From NCBI GenBank assembly GCA_963771075.1, contig CAVYSE010000009.1:32001-96000 (forward strand): a DNA stretch of 64,000 nt, written 5' to 3'. This DNA comes from a candidate division FCPU426 bacterium. GTDB taxonomy: Bacteria; Oederibacteriota; Muellerivitia; Muellerivitales; Muellerivitaceae. Below the pieces are notes generated by a model that saw nothing but the letters and a program-made list of their open reading frames with translations, searched no databases and was not told where the DNA came from. Position numbers and translations under genes: made by a program. This document shows positions 11,195 to 22,257 of this stretch, piece after piece (positions within the stretch are counted from its first letter, which is position 1; each line of letters begins with the position of its first letter).

Positions 11195-11380
11195 TTACCA
11201 GCTTGCCTTAACCACGCCGGGAATTTTTCCCTCACCAGCGAGATTTCGGAAACATATACGACACATCCCGAATTTTCTAATGTAAGCCCTTGGGCGGCCA
11301 CAAAGATTACAACGGGTATAAGCCCTAACCTTAAATTTAGGTTTTTTCTTTTGTTTGTTAATCAAGCACTTTTTTGCCAT
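11195..11380 (-). CDS. rpsN: 30S ribosomal protein S14 type Z
   Basis: RCNLCGR...MCRICFR...IPGVVKASW. Confidence 0.98.
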   Translation of the reverse strand: MAKKCLINKQKKKPKFKVRAYTRCNLCGRPRAYIRKFGMCRICFRNLAGEGKIPGVVKASW

Positions 11381-11388
11381 TGAATCTC

Positions 11389-11949
11389 CTAGTTCCTAAA
11401 GGGCATGCCCAAAAGCCTCAACAATTCTTTAGCTTTTTCGTCATCCTTAGCGGAAGTCGCAAAGGTAATATCCATTCCATGAATGGATTGAACGTTATCA
11501 AAATTGATTTCAGGGAAAATGATCTGTTCTTTTAACCCCAATGTGTAATTTCCCCTACCGTCAAAGGATCGAGTGGGAACTCCCCGGAAATCTCGGATTC
11601 GGGGTAACGCCACCATGAATAATCTTTCCATGAATTGGTACATACGATCCCCTCGAAGGGTAACCTTCGCCCCCAATGGCTGGTTGGCACGCAGTTTAAA
11701 ATTAGAAATTGCCTTTTTGGAGCGCGTTACCGATGGCTTTTGCCCACTAATCAACGCGAGTTCATCAACCGCCATGTCCAACAACTTGATGTTATTTTCC
11801 GAAGCCGCCTTACCAACACAAACGTTGATGACAATCTTATCAACTTTAGGAACCTGCATTATGTTACCGATTCCAAATTTACTCATCAAAGCGGGAACAA
11901 CTTCCTTAAAGTATTTTTCTTTTAGTATCGTGCTAGTTACCGTAGCCAT
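11389..11949 (-). CDS. rplE: 50S ribosomal protein L5
   Basis: [20 protein letters not shown]. Confidence 0.99.
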   Translation of the reverse strand: MATVTSTILKEKYFKEVVPALMSKFGIGNIMQVPKVDKIVINVCVGKAASENNIKLLDMAVDELALISGQKPSVTRSKKAISNFKLRANQPLGAKVTLRGDRMYQFMERLFMVALPRIRDFRGVPTRSFDGRGNYTLGLKEQIIFPEINFDNVQSIHGMDITFATSAKDDEKAKELLRLLGMPFRN

Positions 11950-11951
11950 CG

Positions 11952-12272
11952 TTACTTTTCCTTATCCAGTATTTCACCGCATTTTTTACAGGAACGTACT
12001 TTTTGCCCGTTTGCAAGGATCTTATGGGCTATTCGTGTCGCCTTTGTGCACTTTGTGCAGATGATTTGGAGATTGGAAATGTGAATAGGAGCTTCTTTTT
12101 CCAAAATCCCTCCTTGAGGGAGTTGTTGATTCGGCCGAGTATGCCGTTTGACTAAATTTATTTTTTCAACCAAGGCTGTTTCGGTTTTTGGAAATAATCG
12201 TATGACCCGACCTTTTTTACCTCGGTCCTTGCCCGTAAGAACCATTACCGTGTCTTCCCGATGAACATGCAT
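11952..12272 (-). CDS. rplX: 50S ribosomal protein L24
   Basis: [16 protein letters not shown]. Confidence 0.98.
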   Translation of the reverse strand: MHVHREDTVMVLTGKDRGKKGRVIRLFPKTETALVEKINLVKRHTRPNQQLPQGGILEKEAPIHISNLQIICTKCTKATRIAHKILANGQKVRSCKKCGEILDKEK

Positions 12273-12275
12273 GGC

Positions 12276-12644
12276 TTAAAGAACCTCCGGGGCTAAAGAA
12301 ATAATTTTCATGAAATTCTTTTCACGCAACTCACGAGTCACCGGGCCAAAAATGCGGGTACCCCGAGGAGCCATCTGGTCATTAATAATGACCGCAGCAT
12401 TTTCATCAAAACGAATATTCGACCCATCTGGACGGGCAAACACCCTCTTTTGACGAACCACAACCGCTTTCACCACTTCACTCTTTTTAACACCCGCTCC
12501 AGGAATCGCTTCCTTAACGGCCGCCACGATGATATCGCCAATGGCCGCATAACGACGGCGGGTTCCGCCCAGAACGTGAATACACATAATCTTGGTCGCA
12601 CCACTGTTATCGGCCACATTGAGCATGGTTTGAGGCATGATCAT
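12276..12644 (-). CDS. rplN: 50S ribosomal protein L14
   Basis: [25 protein letters not shown]. Confidence 0.99.
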   Translation of the reverse strand: MIMPQTMLNVADNSGATKIMCIHVLGGTRRRYAAIGDIIVAAVKEAIPGAGVKKSEVVKAVVVRQKRVFARPDGSNIRFDENAAVIINDQMAPRGTRIFGPVTRELREKNFMKIISLAPEVL

Positions 12645-12928
12645 ATTTTGGCCTCCTCGATTTCGACCGCTTTTTTAACAATCTTCAAAAGTCGCCAATG
12701 TTTATCAGCGCTAATTGGCCTGGTTTCCACGATCAAAACCACATCCCCTTTTTTTGTTTCATTTTTGGGGTCGTGTATTTTAAATTTGCTCCGACGTCTA
12801 ATCAACTTCTGGTAAAGGGGATGTTTGACAACCCTCTCGATGGAAACCACCGCAGTCTTGTCCATTTTCCGGCTTAATACAACAGCCGTTTTAACTCGAT
12901 TTTCTTTTCGCTTCGCTTCCATCGTCAT
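12641..12928 (-). CDS. rpsQ: 30S ribosomal protein S17
   Basis: [18 protein letters not shown]. Confidence 0.97.
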   Translation of the reverse strand: MTMEAKRKENRVKTAVVLSRKMDKTAVVSIERVVKHPLYQKLIRRRSKFKIHDPKNETKKGDVVLIVETRPISADKHWRLLKIVKKAVEIEEAKI

Positions 12929-12945
12929 TCTTTAACCTTCCTTTT

Positions 12946-13146
12946 TCAGGCTTTTGGACCTTTTTCTTTTTCGTGAAGGATCGATTTCAAACGGGCCACT
13001 TGCCGCCGGGCTTCTCGGATCTTCATTGGATTTTCCAATTGTTTGGTCGACAACTGAATTTTTAAATTAAAAAGCTCTTCTTCCTTGTTAATGATTTGTT
13101 GTTTCAATTGTTCCAAGTTCAAATCGCGAATTTCATTTTGTTTCAT
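12946..13146 (-). CDS. rpmC: 50S ribosomal protein L29
   Basis: EELFNLK, IREARRQVAR; position; TGATG overlap with rplP. Confidence 0.95.
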   Translation of the reverse strand: MKQNEIRDLNLEQLKQQIINKEEELFNLKIQLSTKQLENPMKIREARRQVARLKSILHEKEKGPKA

Positions 13147-13565
13147 CAAGCGCCTCCCTGTGTACGGGAAATATACTTGGTTTTAACCGGAAGTTTATGG
13201 GAAGCTAGAACGAATGCTTCCTTGGCGATTGGTTCAGGACAGCCACTCACCTCAAAAAGTATCCGGCCAGGTTTTACAACGGCCGCCCAATGATCCGGAG
13301 CGCCCTTTCCCCCGCCCATGCGGACTTCGGCTGGTTTTCTCGTGATAGGTTTATCTGGGAATATTCGAACCCAAAGTTTGCCCACACGCTTCATATGCCT
13401 ATTAATCGCAACCCGAGCAGCCTCGATCTGGCGGTCCGTAACATAACTCGCTTCCAAGGATTTCAACCCATATTCGCCAAAAGCGAAGGCAGCCCCATTT
13501 TTGGTTTTCCCTCGCATGCGACCCTTCATGGTTTTGCGGTACTTGACACGCTTTGGCATTAACAT
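13146..13565 (-). CDS. rplP: 50S ribosomal protein L16
   Basis: [18 protein letters not shown]. Confidence 0.99.
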   Translation of the reverse strand: MLMPKRVKYRKTMKGRMRGKTKNGAAFAFGEYGLKSLEASYVTDRQIEAARVAINRHMKRVGKLWVRIFPDKPITRKPAEVRMGGGKGAPDHWAAVVKPGRILFEVSGCPEPIAKEAFVLASHKLPVKTKYISRTQGGA

Positions 13566-13581
13566 TTCTATTTCCTCTTCT

Positions 13582-14319
13582 TTAAACCCTGGTCTGGGGT
13601 TTTTGTGTTTTCAGATCGGGTTGACGACGTTCTCGATGGGGTGGCCTGATTTTAGGAGCCGGCGTTTCCTCCACCATTTTGTCCTTGGCGCCGAATATTT
13701 CTTTCTTAAATACCCAGCATTTGATTCCAATAATTCCATACGTCGTCGTGGCAACCGCAACACCAAAATCAATGTCCGCTCTAAGAGTATGAAGTGGAAC
13801 CCGACCCTCGCGGTACCACTCGGTCCTTGCAATTTCAGCTCCAGCGAGGCGTCCCGAACACATGATTTTAATGCCCTTGGCTCCGCCATCCAAAGCGCTT
13901 TGAATACACTTTTTCATGGCCCGACGAAAAGCGACCCTTTTCTCCAATTGACCTGCGACATTTTCTGCAATAAGAGTAGCGTTTGTTTCAGGATGCTTTT
14001 CCTCGTTAATATTTATTCGCACATCCTTCTTGGTGAACTTTTGGAGTTCCTCTTTCAGCTTATCGACTTCCGAACCCTTTTTCCCAATTACAATCCCTGG
14101 CCGTGATGCGAAAATATCAACTTCCACCGTTTCACCCTTGCGTTTTAATACAACTTTGGCGATACCGGCATGCTTAAGGCGTTCTTTTACAAACTTACGA
14201 ATTTCAATGTCCTCTAGTAAAGTTTGTGTGTAAGTGGCTTTACGCGCGTTGAACCATAAGGATTCCCAATCGCGGATAATTCCAACCCTTAATCCAATAG
14301 GGTTAATTTTTTGTCCCAA
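13582..14319 (-). CDS. rpsC: 30S ribosomal protein S3
   Basis: [26 protein letters not shown] start after GGAGG. Confidence 0.98.
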   Translation of the reverse strand: MGQKINPIGLRVGIIRDWESLWFNARKATYTQTLLEDIEIRKFVKERLKHAGIAKVVLKRKGETVEVDIFASRPGIVIGKKGSEVDKLKEELQKFTKKDVRININEEKHPETNATLIAENVAGQLEKRVAFRRAMKKCIQSALDGGAKGIKIMCSGRLAGAEIARTEWYREGRVPLHTLRADIDFGVAVATTTYGIIGIKCWVFKKEIFGAKDKMVEETPAPKIRPPHRERRQPDLKTQKPQTRV

Positions 14320-14351
14320 AAGATCCTCCAAGCATTTTTGTTAAAAGTTTT

Positions 14352-14699
14352 TTATTTCCCCTCATCTGAAACAACCACTTTGATGTGGCTGGTACGGTGA
14401 TGAAGAGCACTGGCTCGACCCATTGCCCTCGGTATAAATCTTTTTGTATTTTTCATCATGGGACCGCCATCCACTTGGATGGAAAGAATACGGAGCTTTT
14501 CCAGGTCGACACGAGAATTTTGTCCGGCATTGGCCATCGCCGCCTTTAATATCTTCGATAATTCACCGGCCGCTCTTTTTTTAGTAAATGCTAAAATATT
14601 TAATGCTTCCACGACCGGTTTACGACGAATTAAACCTACTACTTGTCTAGCTTTCCGGGGGGTAACCCGGGTATATCGGGAAACGGCTTGTGCTTGCAT
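14352..14699 (-). CDS. rplV: 50S ribosomal protein L22
   Basis: PRKARQV; PRAMGRA; TSHI. Confidence 0.97.
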   Translation of the reverse strand: MQAQAVSRYTRVTPRKARQVVGLIRRKPVVEALNILAFTKKRAAGELSKILKAAMANAGQNSRVDLEKLRILSIQVDGGPMMKNTKRFIPRAMGRASALHHRTSHIKVVVSDEGK

Positions 14700-14712
14700 G
14701 TTTTCTCCTGGA

Positions 14713-15000
14713 TTACTTCAAAGCCACGGCTTTTTCACTCTTCACCTGTCCATGGCTTTTAAAAGTACGGGTTGGGGCGAATTCGCCCAATTTGTGGCCA
14801 ACCATATTTTCTGTAATGAAAACTGGAATAAATTTTTTTCCATTATGAATCGCAAAGGTATGTCCCACCATTTCGGGATGAACAGAACACCGCCGAACAT
14901 AGGTTTTAATGACCTTTTTTTCGTTTCCCCTGTTCATCTTTTGAATCACATTCAAAAGCTTGGCATCAACATAGGGTCCTTTTTTAAGAGATCGACTCAT
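14713..15000 (-). CDS. rpsS: 30S ribosomal protein S19
   Basis: [20 protein letters not shown]. Confidence 0.99.
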   Translation of the reverse strand: MSRSLKKGPYVDAKLLNVIQKMNRGNEKKVIKTYVRRCSVHPEMVGHTFAIHNGKKFIPVFITENMVGHKLGEFAPTRTFKSHGQVKSEKAVALK

Positions 15001-15035
15001 TTTTACGTATCCTTTGCCCTTTCCGGATCCAACCG

Positions 15036-15860
15036 CTATTTACGACGTTTAACAATAAATTTATCAGTGAGTTTGTTTTGACGAGTCTTATAACCCTTCG
15101 TTGGTTTTCCCCACGGGGTTGTAGGGTGGCGACCACCTGACGATTTTCCTTCACCACCACCCATCGGATGACCATCACCTGGCCGGGTTACCACACCACG
15201 GGATTGGGGGCGGACTCCCATCCAACGCATGCGACCCGCTTTTCCAATAGTTACATTATTGTGATCCAAATTTCCAACCTGGCCGACTGAGGCCATGCAT
15301 TCAACGTGAATCAGCCTCATTTCCCCCGAGGGCAATTTAATGGTCGCGAACTCACCTTCCCGGGCCATGAGTTGAGCCACCGCCCCAGCGGAACGAACCA
15401 GCTGGCCACCCTTTCCAGGACGCATTTCAATGTTGTGAATCAGAGAACCCAGAGGTATATCTTTAAGTTTCATCGCATGCCCAGGCTTAACGTCAGCCCC
15501 AGGGCCGGAAAGAACTTGATCGTCAACCTTCAAACCATCCGGGGCTAAGATGTAACGCTTATCCCCATCAAGATATTGAAGTAACGCGATTCGCGAGGAG
15601 CGGTTAGGATCATATTCCACCGATATTACCTTTGCTGTCATACCGGGTTTATCCCTTTTCAAATCGATAATGCGGAATTGACGTTTATGGCCCGCACCCT
15701 GATGTCGACTCGTGATGCGGCCATGCATGTTTCGACCGCCTTTGCCTTTGAGGGGTCTTACGAGAGATTTTTCGGGTGCTTTTTTTGTTAAATTTTCACC
15801 TGTGAGAGCGGTCATGCCGCGGCGACCTGGTGATGTTGGTTTGTAGGCTTTAATCCCCAT
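15036..15860 (-). CDS. rplB: 50S ribosomal protein L2
   Basis: EYDPNRS, GKAGR, GGGEG; start moved to MGIKAYKPT. Confidence 0.98.
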   Translation of the reverse strand: MGIKAYKPTSPGRRGMTALTGENLTKKAPEKSLVRPLKGKGGRNMHGRITSRHQGAGHKRQFRIIDLKRDKPGMTAKVISVEYDPNRSSRIALLQYLDGDKRYILAPDGLKVDDQVLSGPGADVKPGHAMKLKDIPLGSLIHNIEMRPGKGGQLVRSAGAVAQLMAREGEFATIKLPSGEMRLIHVECMASVGQVGNLDHNNVTIGKAGRMRWMGVRPQSRGVVTRPGDGHPMGGGEGKSSGGRHPTTPWGKPTKGYKTRQNKLTDKFIVKRRK

Positions 15861-15862
15861 GG

Positions 15863-16159
15863 TTACGCTCCCTCGAAAAATTCTAGTTTTTGACCAGGTT
15901 TCAAGGTCACGATTGCTTTTTTCCAACGATAACCTTTTGATAAAAAGCGTCCGAAACGCCGGACTTTAGAGGGCACCTTCGCCGTGTTGACCTTTAACAC
16001 TTCCACTTTTTCCTTCTTAAAAATGAGCTCAACTGCGTTCTTAATCTCTTGTTTGGTGGCGTTGGGATGAACTTCAAATGAATATTTTCCTTTTTCCTTC
16101 ATTTGGGTACTGCGTTCGGTCACCAATGGGCGAACGATAACTTCTTGGATATTTTTCAT
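15863..16159 (-). CDS. rplW: 50S ribosomal protein L23
   Basis: [20 protein letters not shown]. Confidence 0.97.
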   Translation of the reverse strand: MKNIQEVIVRPLVTERSTQMKEKGKYSFEVHPNATKQEIKNAVELIFKKEKVEVLKVNTAKVPSKVRRFGRFLSKGYRWKKAIVTLKPGQKLEFFEGA

Positions 16160-16806
16160 TAAACCGTCTCCTTCGCCGATGCGGGGCTCGGGGTTCCTAA
16201 TTGCTTAAGAGTTTCCTGAGTTAACACCAAAACCTCATGATTCACGATTTCATAGGTATTCAGGTTTTCCTTAAACAGCACCTTGGCCAACGGAAGATTT
16301 CGAAAGCTTTTGATGGTCGGAACATGATTATGGTCCAGGACCAAAAGACATTTTTTCCCTTCCAATCCCAACCCCTTCAAAAAGGTCAGTGCTTGCTTTG
16401 TTTTCGGACTCTCAAAAAGTATTTTTTCCACAACAAATATTTTCCCCTGTTGAGCTTTGTCCGAAAGGGATTCCGCCAGAGCCTGTCTTCTCATTTTTTT
16501 GGGAAGGTCTTTAGAGTAATCACGGGGTTTGGGTCCATGGGCAATACCCCCACCGACAAACTGAACCGCACGTATGGAGCCTTGACGGGCATTTCCGGTT
16601 CCCTTCTGCTTAAAAGGTTTTTTTCCACCGCCCGAGACTTCACCTTTACGCTTCGTTTTGACAGTTCCAAGGCGTTGATTCGATAAATGGGTCGTCACAC
16701 TGCGCCAAAGATGATGTTCTCTAGGTTTTAAGCCAAACACCGATTCGGGTAGTTCCACTTGCCCTGTGGATTGGCCGCTGACATTGTAAACATTCGCTTT
16801 AAGCAT
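16159..16806 (-). CDS. rplD: 50S ribosomal protein L4
   Basis: QKGTGNARQGS; GGGIAHGPKPR. Confidence 0.98.
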   Translation of the reverse strand: MLKANVYNVSGQSTGQVELPESVFGLKPREHHLWRSVTTHLSNQRLGTVKTKRKGEVSGGGKKPFKQKGTGNARQGSIRAVQFVGGGIAHGPKPRDYSKDLPKKMRRQALAESLSDKAQQGKIFVVEKILFESPKTKQALTFLKGLGLEGKKCLLVLDHNHVPTIKSFRNLPLAKVLFKENLNTYEIVNHEVLVLTQETLKQLGTPSPASAKETV

Positions 16807-17461
16807 TGGATTTCACCTTATGTTGCTTCTTCACACTGGGGCGAACCGTAACAAGTCCACCATCCGCACCCGGTACAGCTCCCTGGACGAAAAGAAGATT
16901 ATTATCAAAATCAACCTTGATCACCCGAAGGTTCAGGATAGTGTTTTTATCTGTTCCCATATGGCCCGGCATCCGAGAACCAGGATAAACACGCGAAGGG
17001 TCCGAAGAAGCTCCGATCCCGCCAGGAGCCCGATGAAACATACTTCCGTGGGAATTTCTACCCCCTTTGAATCCATGCCGACGCACTCCGCCTTGAAAGC
17101 CCTTCCCTTTTGTAACACCTGTCACATCCACCCAGTGAACATCCTTGTATATCTCAACAGTCAGAGACTGCCCCACTTGAAAAGGCGAAACATCTTTCAC
17201 CCGAATTTCCTGCAAAACCGCCTTGGGAGTCGCGCCCGATTTTTTGAAATGGGCCTGAAGCGCTTTGGTGGTGTGCTTTTCTTTCTTCTCACCGTAGCCA
17301 AGTTGGAGTGCGTTATAGCCCTCTTTTTCCTGGCTTTTCTTTTGAATCACGACACAGGGACCCACTTCCAGCACCGTTACGTGAGACGCCTTGCCGTTTT
17401 CTTCAAAAAAAGTGGTTTGACCTAGCTTTTTTCCTAACAAAGGTTGGACATTATCGCTCAT
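16799..17461 (-). CDS. rplC: 50S ribosomal protein L3
   Basis: KGKGFQGGVRRH; RMPGHMG; start at MSDNVQP. Confidence 0.98.
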   Translation of the reverse strand: MSDNVQPLLGKKLGQTTFFEENGKASHVTVLEVGPCVVIQKKSQEKEGYNALQLGYGEKKEKHTTKALQAHFKKSGATPKAVLQEIRVKDVSPFQVGQSLTVEIYKDVHWVDVTGVTKGKGFQGGVRRHGFKGGRNSHGSMFHRAPGGIGASSDPSRVYPGSRMPGHMGTDKNTILNLRVIKVDFDNNLLFVQGAVPGADGGLVTVRPSVKKQHKVKSNA

Positions 17462-17471
17462 AGGTCTTTCC

Positions 17472-17789
17472 TCACAACTTGATCTCGACATCAACCCCAG
17501 CGGGTAAGTCGAGTTTCATCAGGGAATCAATCGTCCGCTGGTTCGGATTCACGATATCCACCAACCGCTTATGGGTTCGAATCTCGAATTGCTCCCGGGA
17601 TTTCTTATCCACATGGGGGCTCCGAAGAACCGTATAACGGTTGATTTCGGTAGGCAGAGGCACTGGCCCTAGAACGATAGCGCCCGTGCGTCGCACCGTT
17701 TCGATAATTTCAACCGTTGACCGGTCGAGTAAACGATGGTCATAGGCTTTTAACTTGATACGGATTTTTTGACTCGTGGCCGTGGCCAT
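17472..17789 (-). CDS. rpsJ: 30S ribosomal protein S10
   Basis: [23 protein letters not shown]. Confidence 0.99.
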   Translation of the reverse strand: MATATSQKIRIKLKAYDHRLLDRSTVEIIETVRRTGAIVLGPVPLPTEINRYTVLRSPHVDKKSREQFEIRTHKRLVDIVNPNQRTIDSLMKLDLPAGVDVEIKL

Positions 17790-17825
17790 TCTTCCCCTGC
17801 CTTTTCTTAAGTGTTCTTTTGAATG

Positions 17826-19017
17826 CTATTCGATGATTTCCGTGACCACTCCGGCGCCCACGGTATGTCCGCCTTCCCGAATGGCGAACCGCAGTTCCTT
17901 CTCCATCGCCACCGGCACAATCAACTCGATATCCATCGTGATGTTGTCCCCCGGCATGCACATCTCCGTCCCCGAAGGCAACTGCACGCTTCCCGTCACG
18001 TCCGTCGTCCGGAAGAAGAATTGCGGCTTGTATCCATTGAAAAACGGCGTGTGCCGGCCGCCCTCTTCCTTCGTCAACACGTACACTTCCCCCTTAAACT
18101 TCTTGTGCGGCGTGATCGATTTGGGCTTCGCCAATACCTGCCCGCGCTCGATGTCCTTCTTTTCCACGCCCCTCAACAGGGCTCCAATGTTGTCTCCTGC
18201 CTGCGCGTCGTCCAGCAGTTTCCGGAACATTTCAACGCCCGTCACCACCGTTTCCCGCGTCGGCTTGATCCCCACGATTTCAACCGTGTCCCCCACCTTC
18301 ACCTTCCCACGCTCCACACGGCCCGTTGCCACCGTACCTCGGCCCGTGATCAGGAACACGTCCTCCACCGCCATCAGGAAATCCTTGTCGATATCCCGCT
18401 TCGGCTCGGGTACGTAGCTGTCCACCGCTTCCACCAGTTGTAGGATGGCCTTTTCCCCGATCTCGCTCGTATCCCCTTCCAGGGCCTTCGTCGCTGATCC
18501 TTTGATAATCGGCGTCTTGTCTCCGGGAAATCCGTACTTGGTCAAGAGGTCCCGCACTTCCTCCTCCACCAGTTCCAGCAGTTCCTTGTCATCGACCATG
18601 TCGCACTTGTTCAAAAACACCACGATGTAAGGCACACCGACCTGGCGGGCCAAAAGAATGTGTTCCCGCGTTTGGGGCATGGGGCCGTCGGCCGCCGACA
18701 CCACCAGAATCGCTCCGTCCATCTGCGCCGCACCCGTCACCATGTTCTTGATATAGTCCGCGTGACCCGGGCAGTCCACATGCGCGTAATGCCGCTTGTC
18801 CGACTGGTACTCCACGTGGCTCGTATTGATCGTCACCCCGCGTTCCCTCTCCTCGGGCGCGTTGTCGATGTCCGCATATCCCTTCGCCGTCGCCAATCCC
18901 TTCTTCGGCCAGTACGGTCGTGATCGCCGCCGTCAAAGTGGTCTTGCCGTGGTCCACGTGTCCAATCGTCCCGATATTCACATGCGGCTTTGAGCGTACG
19001 AATTTTTCCTTCGACAT
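17826..19017 (-). CDS. tuf: Elongation factor Tu (one-base frameshift near 18908)
   Basis: The N-terminus [15 protein letters not shown] lies in a different frame from the rest. The span is 1192 nt, one base more than 396 codons plus stop. Confidence 0.95.
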
Positions 19018-19057
19018 AAACAATCCTCCTCTTCCACCCTACCGGGTGGGCATAAAA

Positions 19058-21136
19058 TCAACCCTTCACTTTTGCGATAATTTCCTGTTGAACCGATTTG
19101 GGCGTCTCTTCGTAATGGGCGAATTGCATAGTGTACGTGGCACGGCCTTGGGTCATAGAACGCAAATTCGTGGAATATCCAAACATTTCTGACAAAGGCA
19201 CTTTCGAGCGTATGGTTTGCATCGTTCCGCGAAGTTCCATTCCCTCAATTTTTCCGCGCTTGGATTGAAGGTCACCCATCACCGGGCCCATAAAATCATC
19301 CGGGGTCACCACTTCCACATCCATCACGGGCTCCAAAATAATCGGGTCTGCTTTTTTCATCGCTTCTTTGAAAGCCATTGAAGCGGCAATTTTGAAAGCC
19401 ATTTCATTGGAATCCACTTCATGATAGGAACCGTCGGTCAAGGTAACCTTGAAATCGACCACCGGATATCCCGCTAGGACACCCGTATCTTTGGCTTCAT
19501 TAATACCTTTTTCGACCGCCGGAATATATTCCCGGGGTACCGTACCACCCACAATCGCATTCACAAATTCGATGCCCTTTCCAGGCGTTTGAGGTTCCAT
19601 TGTGATATAAACATGCCCGTATTGCCCGCGTCCACCCGTTTGACGGATATATTTTCCTTCCGCCTCAACGCTTTTGCGGATGGTTTCCCGATAAGCCACT
19701 TGGGGCTTACCCACATTCGCCTGTACATTGAATTCGCGCATCATCCGATCCACAATAATTTCCAGGTGAAGCTCACCCATGCCGGCAATAATCGTTTGTC
19801 CCGTCTCTTCGTCCGTCTTCACACGGAAGGATGGATCCTCCTCAGCGAGTTTGCTTAAAGCCATCCCCATTTTTTCTTGGTCGGCTTTTGTCTTTGGTTC
19901 GATCGCGATGAAAATAACCGGATCGGGAAAAACCATCTTTTCCAGAATAATTGGCTTTTCTTCGGAACAAAGGGTGTCACCGGTAGTAATGGCTTTAATG
20001 CCAACGGTTGCAGCAATTTCCCCGGCGTGGACCTCTTTGATCTCCTCACGTTTATTGGCATGCATTTGAAGTAAGCGGCCCACCCGTTCCCGGCTCCCTT
20101 TGGTTGAGTTATAAACGTAGGAACCAGTAGATAAAGTCCCAGAATAGACGCGGAAATACACCAATTTTCCTACGTGGGGATCGGTCATGATCTTGAAAGC
20201 TAAGGCCGAAAATGGCGCATCATCACTCGTATCTCGAGTTTCTTCTTCATTGGTATCCGCGTTGTGACCTTTGACGGGAGGAATATCAATCGGCGAAGGA
20301 AGGTAATTTACAACTGCATCTAACAGTGGTTGAACACCCTTATTTTTAAAGGCCGAACCACAAAAGACGGGATTAAATTTGTTGGCAATTGTTCCAATAC
20401 GAATGCATTTATTGATTTCTTCAGAGGTTATTTCATGCCCATCCAAGTATTTTTGCATGATTACATCGTCAAATTCGGCGACCGCCTCCACTAATTCATG
20501 CCGATATTTTTTAGCCATATCCACCATATCGGCCGGGATATCCTCGACTTCGAATTTGGCGCCCAAGCTATCATCCAACCAACGGTAGCGTTTCATCTCC
20601 ACCAAATGAATAATTCCATCGAATTTTTCTTCAGCTCCAACAGGAAGAGTGACCGGGTGGGCATTGGCATTCAACCGCTTCCGCATGGCTTCAATTGCGG
20701 CGAAATAATCACCTCCGACTCGATCCATCTTGTTTACAAAAGCTATACGAGGGACGCCATAACGGGTTGCTTGACGCCAAACAGTCTCGGACTGTGGCTC
20801 TACCCCTTCCACGGCTCCGAAGACGCCAATGGCGCCGTCCAAAACCCTTAAAGACCGTTCCACCTCGATTGTAAAATCGACGTGACCCGGGGTATCAATA
20901 ATATTGATACGGTTATTTTGCCAGAAACAAGTCGTGGCGGCGGAGGTAATGGTTATACCCCGCTCTTGCTCTTGGGCCATCCAATCCATGGTCGCAGTCC
21001 CATCGTGGACCTCTCCGATCTTATGGGTTCGACCCGTGTAATAAAGGATACGTTCGGTCAAAGTGGTCTTGCCGGCGTCAATATGAGCCATGATCCCAAT
21101 GTTGCGGGTCTTAGCGAGAGGAATCTGTCGTGCCAA
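19058..21136 (-). CDS. fusA: Elongation factor G
   Basis: [21 protein letters not shown]. Confidence 0.99.
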   Translation of the reverse strand: MARQIPLAKTRNIGIMAHIDAGKTTLTERILYYTGRTHKIGEVHDGTATMDWMAQEQERGITITSAATTCFWQNNRINIIDTPGHVDFTIEVERSLRVLDGAIGVFGAVEGVEPQSETVWRQATRYGVPRIAFVNKMDRVGGDYFAAIEAMRKRLNANAHPVTLPVGAEEKFDGIIHLVEMKRYRWLDDSLGAKFEVEDIPADMVDMAKKYRHELVEAVAEFDDVIMQKYLDGHEITSEEINKCIRIGTIANKFNPVFCGSAFKNKGVQPLLDAVVNYLPSPIDIPPVKGHNADTNEEETRDTSDDAPFSALAFKIMTDPHVGKLVYFRVYSGTLSTGSYVYNSTKGSRERVGRLLQMHANKREEIKEVHAGEIAATVGIKAITTGDTLCSEEKPIILEKMVFPDPVIFIAIEPKTKADQEKMGMALSKLAEEDPSFRVKTDEETGQTIIAGMGELHLEIIVDRMMREFNVQANVGKPQVAYRETIRKSVEAEGKYIRQTGGRGQYGHVYITMEPQTPGKGIEFVNAIVGGTVPREYIPAVEKGINEAKDTGVLAGYPVVDFKVTLTDGSYHEVDSNEMAFKIAASMAFKEAMKKADPIILEPVMDVEVVTPDDFMGPVMGDLQSKRGKIEGMELRGTMQTIRSKVPLSEMFGYSTNLRSMTQGRATYTMQFAHYEETPKSVQQEIIAKVKG

Positions 21137-21151
21137 TTTTTTACCTCAGAA

Positions 21152-21622
21152 CTACCAACGATAGTGGGCGAAAGCCTGATTGGCCTCGGCCATCTTGTGG
21201 GTATCTTCTTTTTTCTTGATCGCCGTGCCTTGGTTTTTAAAGGCATCAGCCAATTCAGCAGCTAACTTTTCAGCCACCGTTTTTTCCTTACGAGAGCGAG
21301 CTGCCGTCAAAATCCAGCGAATTGCCAACGACGTTCGGCGCTCAGGTCGAATTTCAACCGGCACTTGATAGGTCGCCCCGCCCACACGGCGTGATTTAAC
21401 CTCCAAGACCGGCTTTACGTTATCAATAGCGGTCTTGAAAACATTCAAGGCGCCTTCCCCATGTCTTTGGCCCAAAACATCCATCGCACCATAAAAACTG
21501 CGGGCAGCTACCATTTTTTGGCCGTGGTACATCATGGAATTAATGAATTTGGTGACGAGTTTATTGTTATAACGGGAGTCGGCCTCGACCTCTCGTTTGG
21601 CAGCGACTTTTCGGCGGGGCAT
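21152..21622 (-). CDS. rpsG: 30S ribosomal protein S7
   Basis: [27 protein letters not shown]. Confidence 0.99.
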   Translation of the reverse strand: MPRRKVAAKREVEADSRYNNKLVTKFINSMMYHGQKMVAARSFYGAMDVLGQRHGEGALNVFKTAIDNVKPVLEVKSRRVGGATYQVPVEIRPERRTSLAIRWILTAARSRKEKTVAEKLAAELADAFKNQGTAIKKKEDTHKMAEANQAFAHYRW

Positions 21623-21631
21623 TTTTTCTCC

Positions 21632-22027
21632 TTAAGCTTTCTTAACAGCTGCTTCTTTTTTAGGACGCTTCATGCCATATTTAGACCTACCCTGTTTGCG
21701 ATCCGCCACACCAGCCGCGTCTAAAGTCCCGCGCACAATGTGGTAACGAACGCCCGGAAGATCCTTCACACGCCCTCCCCGAATCAACACAATCGAGTGC
21801 TCCTGAAGGTTGTGTCCGACCCCGGGTATATAACAGGTAACTTCCATTCCATTGGTGAGCCTGACACGGGCTATTTTTCTTAACGCCGAATTCGGCTTTT
21901 TAGGAGTCATGGTAGCCACCTTGACACAAACACCGCGCTTTTGAGGGCAGGCTTTCAGAGCCGGGGATTTAGTTTTATGTCTGCTTTTAGCACGTCCAAA
22001 CCGGACCAATTGATTGAGGGTCGGCAA
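21632..22027 (-). CDS. rpsL: 30S ribosomal protein S12
   Basis: [23 protein letters not shown] start (MPTLNQLVR). Confidence 0.99.
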   Translation of the reverse strand: MPTLNQLVRFGRAKSRHKTKSPALKACPQKRGVCVKVATMTPKKPNSALRKIARVRLTNGMEVTCYIPGVGHNLQEHSIVLIRGGRVKDLPGVRYHIVRGTLDAAGVADRKQGRSKYGMKRPKKEAAVKKA

Positions 22028-22145
22028 TTCTTCCTCCCAGTTGCTCTTAAAAACAAAAAAGGCAAAGACAGTGAGCTCCGCCTTTGCCGAGTGGTAAATC
22101 ACGAAACTGTCCGGGATAGAAACCCCGGTGAATCGTAAGCAAAGC

Positions 22146-22196
22146 CCTCCTCTTGCTCACCATTTGAAAAAGCCCGACGGCTCTTTCAAAAGGAGG
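22146..22196 (-). promoter_or_regulatory. Stem-loop in the rpoC-rpsL intergenic region (leader or terminator)
   Basis: Minus strand tttgaaagagcc-gtcg-ggctttttcaaa, with flanking CCTCCT and AGGAGG that could also pair. Confidence 0.4.
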
Positions 22197-22257
22197 ATTT
22201 TCTTCACTTTTCAGCCAAAAAGCACTTCAAACGCGGACGGTTAAGATACCTAAAGGC

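Noticed and set aside
19034..19050. Small hairpin between fusA and tuf
   Set aside because: 6-bp stem with no U-tract, a common intercistronic feature.
21750..21910. Streptomycin-resistance changes in S12
   Set aside because: The lysines in PKKPNS and RVKDLP are canonical.
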